Part shown: positions 45,473 through 56,096 of the stretch, piece by piece
Layout: every line of letters begins with the position of its first letter
How positions within the stretch are numbered: position 1 is the stretch's first letter
Assembly (NCBI GenBank): GCA_963846505.1
Contig: CAWJWD010000006.1
Span: 408,606-472,605, forward strand
DNA: 64,000 bases
Origin: an uncultured Thermoleophilaceae bacterium
Lineage (GTDB): Bacteria > Actinomycetota > Thermoleophilia > Solirubrobacterales > Thermoleophilaceae
Reading direction: 5' to 3'
The notes under the pieces: model-generated
What the model saw: only the letters and a program-made list of their open reading frames with translations
What the model was told of the DNA's origin: nothing
Databases searched by the model: none
Made by a program: the position numbers and the translations under genes

Positions 45473-46381
45473 CTACCCGGTGCCGGCGCGCTCGCGCCAC
45501 CAGGCGACCGTCTCGGCCAGCCCCTCGCGCAGGCCGATCCGCGGGCGGAAGCCGGCCTCGTCGCGCAGCCGCGTCACGTCCGCGACCAGCCGCTCGGGGT
45601 CCCCGGGACGGGTGGGCAGGGCGCCGACGTCGAGCAGGTCGGGCCGGCCGGCCGCCTCGCCGATCGCCTCGATCACCTCGCGCAGCGTGCGGTCCTCGCC
45701 CGAGGCGACGTTGACGGCACCGTGCACGGGCGCGTCCACGAGCGTGGCGAAGGCCGCCCCGACGTCGGCGACGTGCATGAAGTCGCGGCGTTGGGCACCC
45801 GCGCTGGTGGGGGCGCGCTCGCCGCGCGCCAGCGCGCTCGCGACCGACCCCACGAGCCGTCGCTCGTCCTCGTCCGGTCCGTAGAGGAAGAACACCCGCC
45901 CCCAGGCGAGCTCGAGGTCCAGGTCGCCGGCGGCGGTCTCCAGCAGCTCGCGCGTGGCGTTCTTGGCGACGCCGTAGAGCGTGGCGGGGCGCAGCGGCGT
46001 CATCTCCTCGACGCAAGGACCGGGCAGTCCCCACTCGTACTCCGCGCACGAGCCCGCGCAGACGGCGCGCCGGCCACCGGCGGCGGCGAACGCCCGCACG
46101 AGCGCAAGCGTCGCCTCGACCCAGCGCAGGTTCTCGAGCGAGGTCCAGAAGCGCCCGTGCTCGGCATACCAGGCGAGGTGCAGGAGGCGCTCGGGCGCGA
46201 GCTCGGCGACGAGCCCGCCTGGATCCGCCAGCAGGTCGGCGCGGTGCCACTCGACTCCCGCGGGGGATGCCGCCGCCGCACGCGTGGAGACGGCGTGGAC
46301 CTCGTGACCGGCGGCGACCAAGGGGGCGAGCGCGTGGCGGCCGACGAAGCCGCTCGCGCCCGTCACGAGCACCCGGCTCAC
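45473..46381 (-). CDS. NAD-dependent epimerase/dehydratase-family protein, candidate NDP-4-ketohexose reductase (paralogue B)
   Basis: GTG 46381 (GTGA overlap). Contains VSRVLVTGASGFVGRHAL ... YGVAKNATR (YxxxK). Confidence 0.88.
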   Translation of the reverse strand: MSRVLVTGASGFVGRHALAPLVAAGHEVHAVSTRAAAASPAGVEWHRADLLADPGGLVAELAPERLLHLAWYAEHGRFWTSLENLRWVEATLALVRAFAAAGGRRAVCAGSCAEYEWGLPGPCVEEMTPLRPATLYGVAKNATRELLETAAGDLDLELAWGRVFFLYGPDEDERRLVGSVASALARGERAPTSAGAQRRDFMHVADVGAAFATLVDAPVHGAVNVASGEDRTLREVIEAIGEAAGRPDLLDVGALPTRPGDPERLVADVTRLRDEAGFRPRIGLREGLAETVAWWRERAGTG

Positions 46382-46917
46382 GGGGTGTAGTCGGGGTAGC
46401 TCGCGTCGCGCTCGGAGATCGTGCGCCCGTGTGCCGGCGGCGCGGGCCACTCGACGCCGAACGCCGGGTCGTCCCAGCGCACCCCGCCCGCGGCCGCGGG
46501 CACGTACTCGTGTCCCATCACGTAGAGCACCTCGGTGTCGTCGGCGAGCGTCTGGAAGCCGTGCGCGAGCCCGACCGGGACGTAGAGCGAGCGGCCGTCG
46601 TCGGCGCTCAGCTCGACCCCGACCCAGCCGCGATGGGTCGGCGAGTCCGGCCGCAGGTCGACGATCACGTCGTAGATCGCTCCCCGGGTGCAGCGGATCA
46701 GCTTGGGCTCGCCGTGCGGCTCGGCCTGCAGGTGCATCCCCCGCAGGGTGCCGGTGCGCGGGTTGAAGGAGACGTTGCACTGCACGACGCCCGGGTCCAT
46801 GCCGCGCGCGACCCACTCGTCGCGATCGAAGGTCCGCGCGAAGTAGCCGCGCTCGTCCTCGAGGCGGTCGGGGTCGATCACCCACGCCCCGCTCAAGCTG
46901 GTCTCGGCGAATCTCAC
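46378..46917 (-). CDS. NDP-4-keto-6-deoxyhexose 3,5-epimerase (RmlC fold)
   Basis: GTG 46917 (GTGA overlap). Contains DERGYFARTF ... TLRGMHLQ ... KLIRCTRGAIYDVIVDLR ... YVPVGLAHGFQTL. Confidence 0.9.
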   Translation of the reverse strand: MRFAETSLSGAWVIDPDRLEDERGYFARTFDRDEWVARGMDPGVVQCNVSFNPRTGTLRGMHLQAEPHGEPKLIRCTRGAIYDVIVDLRPDSPTHRGWVGVELSADDGRSLYVPVGLAHGFQTLADDTEVLYVMGHEYVPAAAGGVRWDDPAFGVEWPAPPAHGRTISERDASYPDYTP

Positions 46918-48140
46918 TCGAACAGCTGCAGGTCGGGCGCCCGCGCCGCGAAGCGCCCACCCCACTCGCGGATGAACGAGAGCTGCTCGATGATCTCGTC
47001 CTTCAGGTTCCAGGGCAGGATCAGCACGACGTCCGGGCGGTCCTCGCGCAGCACGTCCGGGGAGCGGATCGGGATGTGGGTGCCGGGCAGCAGGTGGTCC
47101 TGCTTGTGCGGGTTGAGGTCGCAGGTGTAGTCGAGGAAGTCCGTGCCCACGCCGCAGTAGTTGAGCAGCGTGTTGCCCTTCGCCGGTGCGCCGTAGCCCA
47201 CGATCCGCTTGCCGTCGCGCTTGAGGGCGATCAGGAACTCGAGGATCTGACGCTTCTCCTCCTCCACCCGCCGTCCGTAGTCGGCGTAGAGCTCGATGCC
47301 GCCATAGCCGGCCGCCCGTTCGCGCTCGAGCAGTTCCTCGGCGCGCGGCTCGCGCGGACGCGGGTCCTCCGCGTGGCAGCCGTAGATGCGCAGCGAGCCG
47401 CCGTGGGTCGGCAGCTCGTCGACGTCGAACAGCCGCAGGCCGTGTGCCTCGAACACCTGCGCGACGGTCCCGAACGAGAAGTACGAGAAGTGCTCGTGGT
47501 AGATCGTGTCCCACTGGTTGTCCTCGACAAGCCGCAGCAGGTGAGGGAACTCCATCGTGATCTGCCCGCCCTCGGCGAGCAGCACCTTCATGCCGCCGAC
47601 GAAGTCGTTGAGGTCCGGCACGTGAGCGAGCACGTTGTTGCCGAGCAGCAGGTCGGCCTTGCGCTCGCCCGTCAGCGAACGTGCCGTCTCGACGCCGAAG
47701 AACTCGACCAGGGTCGGGATGCCCTTCTGCAGCGCCACCTTGGCGACGTTCGCGGCGGGCTCGATCCCGAGCACCGGGATGTGGCGCTCGTGGAAGAACT
47801 GCAGCAGATAGCCGTCGTTGGAGGCCACCTCCACGACGTGGCTCGACTCGCCGAGGCCGAAGCGGTCGACCATCGTCTCCACGTAGCGGCGCGAGTGCTC
47901 GAGCCAGGTCGTCGAGTAGGACGAGAAGTAGGCGTAGTCGCCGAAGATGTGCTCGGGCGTCTCGAACTCCTCCAGCTGCACGAGGAAGCAGCGCTCGCAG
48001 ACGAGTGCGCGCAGCGGATAGAACGGCTCCATGCCGTTGCCCTGCTCCGGCGACAGGTAGGAGTTCGCCAGCGGGGACATCCCGAGGTCCGCGAACACCG
48101 TCGTCAGCGGGGCGGAGCAGAAGCGGCAACTAGCGGTCAA
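46914..48140 (-). CDS. NDP-hexose C-methyltransferase (TylCIII/EvaC-type)
   Basis: TTG 48140 (TTGA overlap with the rfbG stop). Contains the N-terminal Zn ribbon CRFCSAPL...LVCERCFLVQ, the SAM motif VVEVASNDGYLL, and the C-terminal domain GYGAPAKGNTLLNYCGV...DLNPHKQDHLLPGTHIPI. Confidence 0.88.
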   Translation of the reverse strand: MTASCRFCSAPLTTVFADLGMSPLANSYLSPEQGNGMEPFYPLRALVCERCFLVQLEEFETPEHIFGDYAYFSSYSTTWLEHSRRYVETMVDRFGLGESSHVVEVASNDGYLLQFFHERHIPVLGIEPAANVAKVALQKGIPTLVEFFGVETARSLTGERKADLLLGNNVLAHVPDLNDFVGGMKVLLAEGGQITMEFPHLLRLVEDNQWDTIYHEHFSYFSFGTVAQVFEAHGLRLFDVDELPTHGGSLRIYGCHAEDPRPREPRAEELLERERAAGYGGIELYADYGRRVEEEKRQILEFLIALKRDGKRIVGYGAPAKGNTLLNYCGVGTDFLDYTCDLNPHKQDHLLPGTHIPIRSPDVLREDRPDVVLILPWNLKDEIIEQLSFIREWGGRFAARAPDLQLFE

Positions 48141-49203
48141 TGGGACACCTCGAGTCCGGTCGGTGCGAACGAGTCGATTTGGGCCAGCGTCACCTCGCGC
48201 ATGTCCGCGCCGTCGCGCAGTGCCGTGTACCAGCTCGCGATCGAGTCGAGCGCGCTGCCGAGGTCCCAGCGGGGCGTCCAGCCCAGCTCGGTGCCGGCCT
48301 TGGTGGAGTCGAGCGCGAGGAACTGGGCCTCGTGGGGATGGGGGCCAGGGTCGACCTCCCAGCGCAGGTCGGTGTCCCAGCGCTCGGCGAGGCGATCGGC
48401 GATCCAGCGCACCGGGCGGGCGTCGTCGAGCGCCGGGCCGAAGTTCCAGCCGCCCTGCGCGGCCGGGGAGTCCGTGAGCGCCTGCGCCAGCTGCAGGTAG
48501 CCGCTGAGCGGGTTCAGCACGTGCTGCCAGGGCCGCACCGCCTCGGGGTTGCGGATCGGGATCGGCACGCCCTCGAGCGCGCCCCGCATGACGTCCGGGA
48601 TCAGACGGTCCTCGCCCCAGTCGCCGCCGCCGATCACGTTGCCGGCGCGCCCGGAGGCCAGGCGCGGCCCGTCCGGGTTCGGCACGAAGAACGAGCGCAG
48701 ATAGGCGTCGGCGACCAGCTCGGCGCAGCCCTTGGAGTTCGAGTACGGGTCGTGCCCGCCCATCGGGTCGTCCTCGCGAAACGGCCGGCCCTGCTCGCGG
48801 TTGTCGTAGCACTTGTCCGACGTGACGCTGACGACCGCGCGCACGCCGGCGCTCGCCCGGACCGCCTCCAGCACGTTGACGGTGCCCATCACGTTGACCT
48901 CGTAGGTGCTGCGCGGATCCTGGAACGAGCGCCGCACGAACGGCTGGGCGGCCATGTGGATCACGACCTCCGGCTCGTGCTCGAACGCCGCCGCGACGGC
49001 CGCGGGATCGCGCACGTCGCCGCGCAGGTCGACGATGCCGTCGCCGGCACGGGTCAGCTCGTAGAGCGAGGGCGTGGTCGGCACCGTGTCGGCGAAGCCG
49101 ATCACCTCCGCGCCCATGCGACGCAGCCAGAGCGTCAGCCAGGCGCCCTTGAAGCCGGTGTGGCCGGTCAGCAGGACGCGCCGGCCGTGCCAGAAGCCGG
49201 GAT

Positions 49204-51013
<1,810 letters not shown>

Positions 51014-51109
51014 CGCCGCGCGTGAGCAACGCCCGCTCGCGGCCGTTGCTCTGGCGTGACCACGAGCGCGCCGTCCATCCAGCCTGAGACCGCGGATACG
51101 CTCGCGCCC

Positions 51110-52300
51110 ATGAGCGCGTCGCCCGTGGCCCCCGACCAGTGCGACCTCGTCGTCGTCGGCGCCGGAATCGTCGGCCTCGCCGTCGCACGCGAGCTGACGA
51201 ACCGCCAACCGGACCTGCGCGTGGCCGTGCTGGAGGCCGCGCCGGAGATCGCGACCGGCCAGACCGGCAACAACTCGGGCGTCATCCATGCCGGCATCTA
51301 CTACCTCCCCGGCTCGCTCAAGGCCCAGCTCTGCCGGGCCGGCGCGGACGACATGTTCGCCTTCTGCGAGCGGCACGAGATCGCGCACGAGCGCTGCGGC
51401 AAGCTGATCGTCGCCCGCGACGCGAGCGAGCTGGTCAAGCTCGACGAGCTCGAGCGGCGTGGACGCGAGAACGGCGTGCCGGGCCTGCGGCGCCTGGACG
51501 CCGACGGGCTGCGGGAGATCGAGCCGCACGTGCGTGGCGTCGCCGCCCTGCACTCGCCCGAGACCGGCATCGTCGACTTCTCGGACGTGGCCCGTGCGCT
51601 GGCGGCCGAGCTGAGCGATCGCGGCGTCCCGGTGGTGACGGACTGCGGCGTCGAGGGCGTGTCCCAGGCCGCCGGGAGGATCGCGCTGCGCCATCCGCAG
51701 GGCCGGACGAGCGCTCGCTTCGCGGTCTTCTGCGCCGGCGGGCGCTCGGACCGGCTGGCGGTGATGGCCGGGGCATCCCCCGACCCGCGCATCGTGCCCT
51801 TCCGCGGCGCCTACCTCCACCTGCGTCCCGAGCGCCGCACGCTCGTCAAGGGCCTGATCTACCCCGTGCCGGATCCGAGCTTGCCCTTCCTCGGCGTGCA
51901 CTTGTCCCGCCACATCGACGGGGAGGTCTCGCTCGGCCCGACCGCGCTGCTCGCACCGGGCCGTCACCTTCCCCGCACGGCGGCCTGGCCCGGGACCTGG
52001 CGCATGGCGCGCCGCTGGTGGCGTACCGGCCTGACCGAACTGCACCATGCCGTCAGCCGCCGTTCGCTCGCCCGCGCGGCGGCCGAGTACGTGCCGGAGA
52101 TCGAGCCGCAGGACTTCACGAGCGGCTTCGCCGGCGTGCGCGCCCAGGCACTCGGTCGCGACGGCAAGCTCGTCGACGACTTCGTCATCTCCGAGACCGA
52201 ACGCGCCCTGCACGTGCGCAACGCACCGTCGCCCGCCGCGACCTCGTCGCTGGCGCTAGCCCGGCTGATCGCCGACCGCGCCGAGCCGGCGCTCGCGTAG
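51110..52300 (+). CDS. lhgO: FAD-dependent oxidoreductase, L-2-hydroxyglutarate oxidase (LhgO)-like
   Basis: DLVVVGAGIVGLAVAREL ... TGNNSGVIHAGIYY ... An alternative GTG start lies at 51056. Confidence 0.85.
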   Translation: MSASPVAPDQCDLVVVGAGIVGLAVARELTNRQPDLRVAVLEAAPEIATGQTGNNSGVIHAGIYYLPGSLKAQLCRAGADDMFAFCERHEIAHERCGKLIVARDASELVKLDELERRGRENGVPGLRRLDADGLREIEPHVRGVAALHSPETGIVDFSDVARALAAELSDRGVPVVTDCGVEGVSQAAGRIALRHPQGRTSARFAVFCAGGRSDRLAVMAGASPDPRIVPFRGAYLHLRPERRTLVKGLIYPVPDPSLPFLGVHLSRHIDGEVSLGPTALLAPGRHLPRTAAWPGTWRMARRWWRTGLTELHHAVSRRSLARAAAEYVPEIEPQDFTSGFAGVRAQALGRDGKLVDDFVISETERALHVRNAPSPAATSSLALARLIADRAEPALA

Positions 52301-52355
52301 CCGGGAGGCGACCCGGGTCAGCTCGGCGCCACCTAGTCGCCGACCTCGGAGCCGA

Positions 52356-53891
52356 TCAGCCTGGGCGGCGCCCCAGCGACACGACGAAGGCGCGTTCGGC
52401 CTCGTCGAGGCAGAGCGCCCAGAAGCCCGCCCAGAAGGCCAGCACGCCGGCGACGGCGATGCCGGCCAGGGCCGGCAAGCCGGACGGGTCGAACAGCAGC
52501 CGCGTGCCGATCAGGATCACGGCGAGCAAGGCCGCCAGCGAGTAGGCGGGCAGCCAGGCGCGCCGAGCCAGCTCCGCGAGCGGCACGTCCGCGACGCCGA
52601 GCCCGACGCGCAGCAGGAACGGGAACGCGACCAGGAACGGGATCGCCGTGCCGAGCGCCGGTCCCTCCAGCCCGAGCCCCGGCGTCAGGATCAGCGACAG
52701 GACGACGTTCGCCACGGCCGCGGCGACGATGATCCGCGCCGCCTCGCGCGCGCGGCCGGCGCCGACGAGGAAGCCGGGCGTGACCACCAGCGCGCCGTAG
52801 AGCAGCCAGTAGGAGACGAGGATCGTCAGCGCCGTGGCGCCGTCGGCGTAGCGGTCGCCCAACCAGGCCGCGAGCAGCGGCTGGGCGAGGCACATCAACG
52901 TCACCACCAGCGGCGTGAACAGCGCCAGCGTGTAGCGGCTGCCGCGCACCACCAGCTCGCGCAGACGGCGCGCGTCGCCGGTGGCGACGTAGCGCGAGGC
53001 GGTCGGCACGGTCGGCACCGCGAGCGCGCCGCCGAGCGCGTAGAGCAGGTTGTGCGCCCGCACGGGCCCCTCGTAGAGACCGACGTCGCGCGGGCTCTTG
53101 AAGGCGCCGAGCAGGACGCGGTCGAAGGCGTACATGACGAGCGTCGAGAGCTCGATCACGAGCAGCCAGCCGGCCGTCGGAACGATCCGCATCACCCGCT
53201 CGCGCGTGACGCCGGCGCGTGCGAAGCGCAACGGCAGGCGCAGGCGACGCAGCATCAGCGCCGACAGCAGCCCGCTCAGCAGCGGCAGCGCGCCGCTGGC
53301 AGCCATCACCGCCCCCAGGCCGGCGCCGCCCAGGATCAGCGCCAGCATCAGCGCGAGGTAGATCGCGACGGCGACGATCTCCAGCAGCGCCGCGCGCACG
53401 AAGCGGCGCTCGGCGCGCAGCGCGTCGAGGTTGACCGAGACGGCGATCCCGAGCGCGGTGAGCACGCCGAGCCCGAGCCCGCCGAGGCGGGCGTCGCGCG
53501 CCAGCGACCCGTCCAGGATCGCCGCCGCGATCGCGAGCGCGGCGAGCGCGATCAGCAGGCCGGTGGCCAGGCCGACCGCGGCGTAGAGCGCCGCGGCGGC
53601 GCTAAACACGCGCGACCGCTCGACCGGCTCGACGGCGGCGGCCAGCGCCCGCACAGCCGAGCTCGCCACGCTGTTGCGCAACACCAGCAGGTAGCCCGCG
53701 AGCGAGGCGACGAGGCCGTAGGCACCCAGCTCGGCGACCGTCAGCCGGCGGGCCAGCACCGTCACCACGACCAGCAGCACGAGCAGGCCGCTCGCCTGCG
53801 CGACCTGCTGCACGAGCGCCCCGGAGGCCAGCAGCCGCGCCTCGCCGCGACCCTGCGCGTCCTCGGCCTGCGCAACCTCGGGCTCACGCAC
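52356..53891 (-). CDS. MOP-superfamily polysaccharide flippase (Wzx-like), copy 2
   Basis: About 12-14 TM helices. N-terminus LLASGALVQQVAQASGLLVLLVVVTVLARRLTVAELGAYG. The start is uncertain: GTG 53891 is chosen, the track ORF starts at 54107. Confidence 0.8.
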   Translation of the reverse strand: MREPEVAQAEDAQGRGEARLLASGALVQQVAQASGLLVLLVVVTVLARRLTVAELGAYGLVASLAGYLLVLRNSVASSAVRALAAAVEPVERSRVFSAAAALYAAVGLATGLLIALAALAIAAAILDGSLARDARLGGLGLGVLTALGIAVSVNLDALRAERRFVRAALLEIVAVAIYLALMLALILGGAGLGAVMAASGALPLLSGLLSALMLRRLRLPLRFARAGVTRERVMRIVPTAGWLLVIELSTLVMYAFDRVLLGAFKSPRDVGLYEGPVRAHNLLYALGGALAVPTVPTASRYVATGDARRLRELVVRGSRYTLALFTPLVVTLMCLAQPLLAAWLGDRYADGATALTILVSYWLLYGALVVTPGFLVGAGRAREAARIIVAAAVANVVLSLILTPGLGLEGPALGTAIPFLVAFPFLLRVGLGVADVPLAELARRAWLPAYSLAALLAVILIGTRLLFDPSGLPALAGIAVAGVLAFWAGFWALCLDEAERAFVVSLGRRPG

Positions 53892-54039
53892 GGGTTCGCA
53901 CCATATATGGCAGCAGTCGTCGTCCACCGGAGGCCGAGATAGACTCCCCCGTCGTCGAGCCGGCAGGCCCCCTCGGCGCGCACCGCGCACCGCCCGCCAT
54001 CGCCGACGCACCACCACGAGAGCCTCGAGAGCCGAGTCC

Positions 54040-54849
54040 ATGACCAGCGCACAGCCGCACTCGCACGCATCCGCCGCGACGGCCACACCGTCCGTGCGTC
54101 GGCGCACGCTGCTCGACGTGCCGGTGGGGATGACCGACTACGACGAGGCGATCGAGACGATGGACGCGCTCGTCGCCAACCGCGAGCGCGGCTATCTCTG
54201 CGCGGCCCCCGTGCACGCGCTGATGGTCGCTCGCGACGATCCCGAGATGCTCCAGGCGCTGCGGCGCGCGACGCTCGTCGTGCCCGACGGCATGCCGCTC
54301 GTGTGGGCCGCCAACGCGCTTGGCGAGTCGCTCGACGATCGGGTCTACGGCCCCGAGCTGATGGCCCGCTACAGCGACCGCTGCGCCGAGCGCGGGCACC
54401 GCGTCTGGCTCTACGGCGGCCGCGACCAGGGCACCCTCGTGCAGCTCGCGCTCAGCCTGCGTCAGCGCCATCCCGGCATCCAGATCGTGGGTGGATACTC
54501 GCCGCCGTTCCGCACGCTCACCGAGGAGGAGGAGGACGCGCTCGTACGCCAGATCAACGAGGCGCGTCCCGACGTGCTCTGGGTGGGCATCGGCGTACCC
54601 AAGCAGGAGAAGTGGATGCTGCGCATGCGCGACCGCCTCGAGGTGCCGGTGATGGTCGGCGTCGGCGCCGCCTTCGACTTCCACGCCGGCCGTGTCTCGA
54701 TGGCGCCGAGCTGGATGCAGGACCACGGGCTGGAGTGGATCTACCGCATCGCCCAGGAGCCGCGGCGGCTGCTGATGCGCTACCTCACCACGAACCCTCG
54801 CTTCGTGCTGGCCTTCGCACGCCAGTACTTCGCCGAGCGGCGCGCGTAG
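54040..54849 (+). CDS. WecB/TagA/CpsF-family glycosyltransferase (GT26)
   Basis: VPDGMPLVWAA ... YGPELM ... LWVGIGVPKQEKWM ... VGAAFDFHAG are family-diagnostic motifs. Confidence 0.92.
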   Translation: MTSAQPHSHASAATATPSVRRRTLLDVPVGMTDYDEAIETMDALVANRERGYLCAAPVHALMVARDDPEMLQALRRATLVVPDGMPLVWAANALGESLDDRVYGPELMARYSDRCAERGHRVWLYGGRDQGTLVQLALSLRQRHPGIQIVGGYSPPFRTLTEEEEDALVRQINEARPDVLWVGIGVPKQEKWMLRMRDRLEVPVMVGVGAAFDFHAGRVSMAPSWMQDHGLEWIYRIAQEPRRLLMRYLTTNPRFVLAFARQYFAERRA

Positions 54850-54859
54850 ACTGCCCCGC

Positions 54860-56096
54860 ATGCCAGGCAGCGTCGCGGTCGTCGGCCTCGGACGAGTAGG
54901 CCTGCCGCTCGCGCTCTCGTTCGCCGACCGCGGGCTGGAGGTGATCGGCGTCGAGCGCCGTCAGGACGTGCTCGACCAGGTCGCCGCCGGCCGGATGCCG
55001 TTCGACGAGACCGGCACGCAGGAACTGCTCGGGCGCGTGCTCGCGGGCGGCCGCCTGACGATCGGCGCCGACGCGCGCGACGCGGCCCGCGCCGACCACA
55101 TCGTGCTCGACGCTCGGCACGCCCTCCTACGAGCACGTCGAGATCGACGTGTCCCAGATCCGCGGGGTGCTCGACGACCTGCTGGGCGTGCTGCGTCCAG
55201 GGCACACGCTGATCCTGCGCTCGACCGTCGCGCCCGGCACCACCGAGTGGGTGGCCGGCTACGTCGAGCAGCGGCGCGGCCTGCGCGTCGGCGAGGACGT
55301 CTTCGTCGCGCACGTGCCGGAACGGATCGCCGCCAACCACTTCCTCGAGGAGATCGCGACGCTGCCGTGCATCGTCGGCGGCGTCGGCGAGGCGTCCGGC
55401 GCCCGAGCCGCGGAGCCGTTCGAGGTCTTCGGCACGGAGATCGTGCAGACCACGCCGGTCCAGGCCGAGCTCGCGAAGATCTGGACCAACATCCTGCGCT
55501 ACGCCGAGTTCGCGCTGCCGAACCTGCTGATGATGGAGTGCGAGCAGTACGGCGCGAACGTCTTCGACGTGGTCGAGCTGATCAACCGCGACTACCCGCG
55601 CGGCGGCATGGGCCGGCCGGGGCTGACCGGCGGCGCCTGCCTGCGCAAGGACTTCACCTTCTCCGAGGAGCGCTCCAGCGCGCCCGGCATGCTGCTCGCC
55701 GTCTCGCGCGTGCACGAGACCGTGCCGCTGTTCCTCGTCAAGGGGCTCAAGTCGCGGCTCGGCGGCTCGCTGCGCGACCTCAAGGTCGCCGTGCTCGGGC
55801 TCTCGTTCAAGCGGGACTCCGACGACGTGCGCGACTCGCTCTCCTACAAGCTGATCCGGCTGCTCGAACGCGAGCTCGCCCACGTGGTGCGCCACGACCC
55901 GTACGTGCCGGCCGAGTCCGAGCCGCTGGAGGCCGCGCTCGAGGACGCCGACGCGGTCGTGATCGCCACCAACCACTCCGCCTTCGAGGGGCTGCTGGGA
56001 CAGCTGCCCGCGAACGCGCTCGTGGTCGACCCGTGGAACGTGCTCGGGACGGCGCAGGTGTTCGGGACCGTCGAGACCCTGGCTCGCGTCGAGTGA
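54860..56096 (+). pseudogene. nucleotide-sugar 6-dehydrogenase (UDP-glucose/GDP-mannose dehydrogenase family, TviB/WbpO/WecC-like), frame broken at about 55105-55110
   Basis: The N-terminal frame reads VAVVGLGRVGLPLALSFADRGLEVIGVE ... ADHIVL. The next frame reads TLGTPSYEHVEIDVSQIRGVLDDL ... ILRSTVAPGTT ... GGACLRKD ... LGLSFKRDSDDVRDS to TGA 56096. Skipping one base (ctc-g-acg-ctc) restores IVLTLGTP. Confidence 0.75.
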
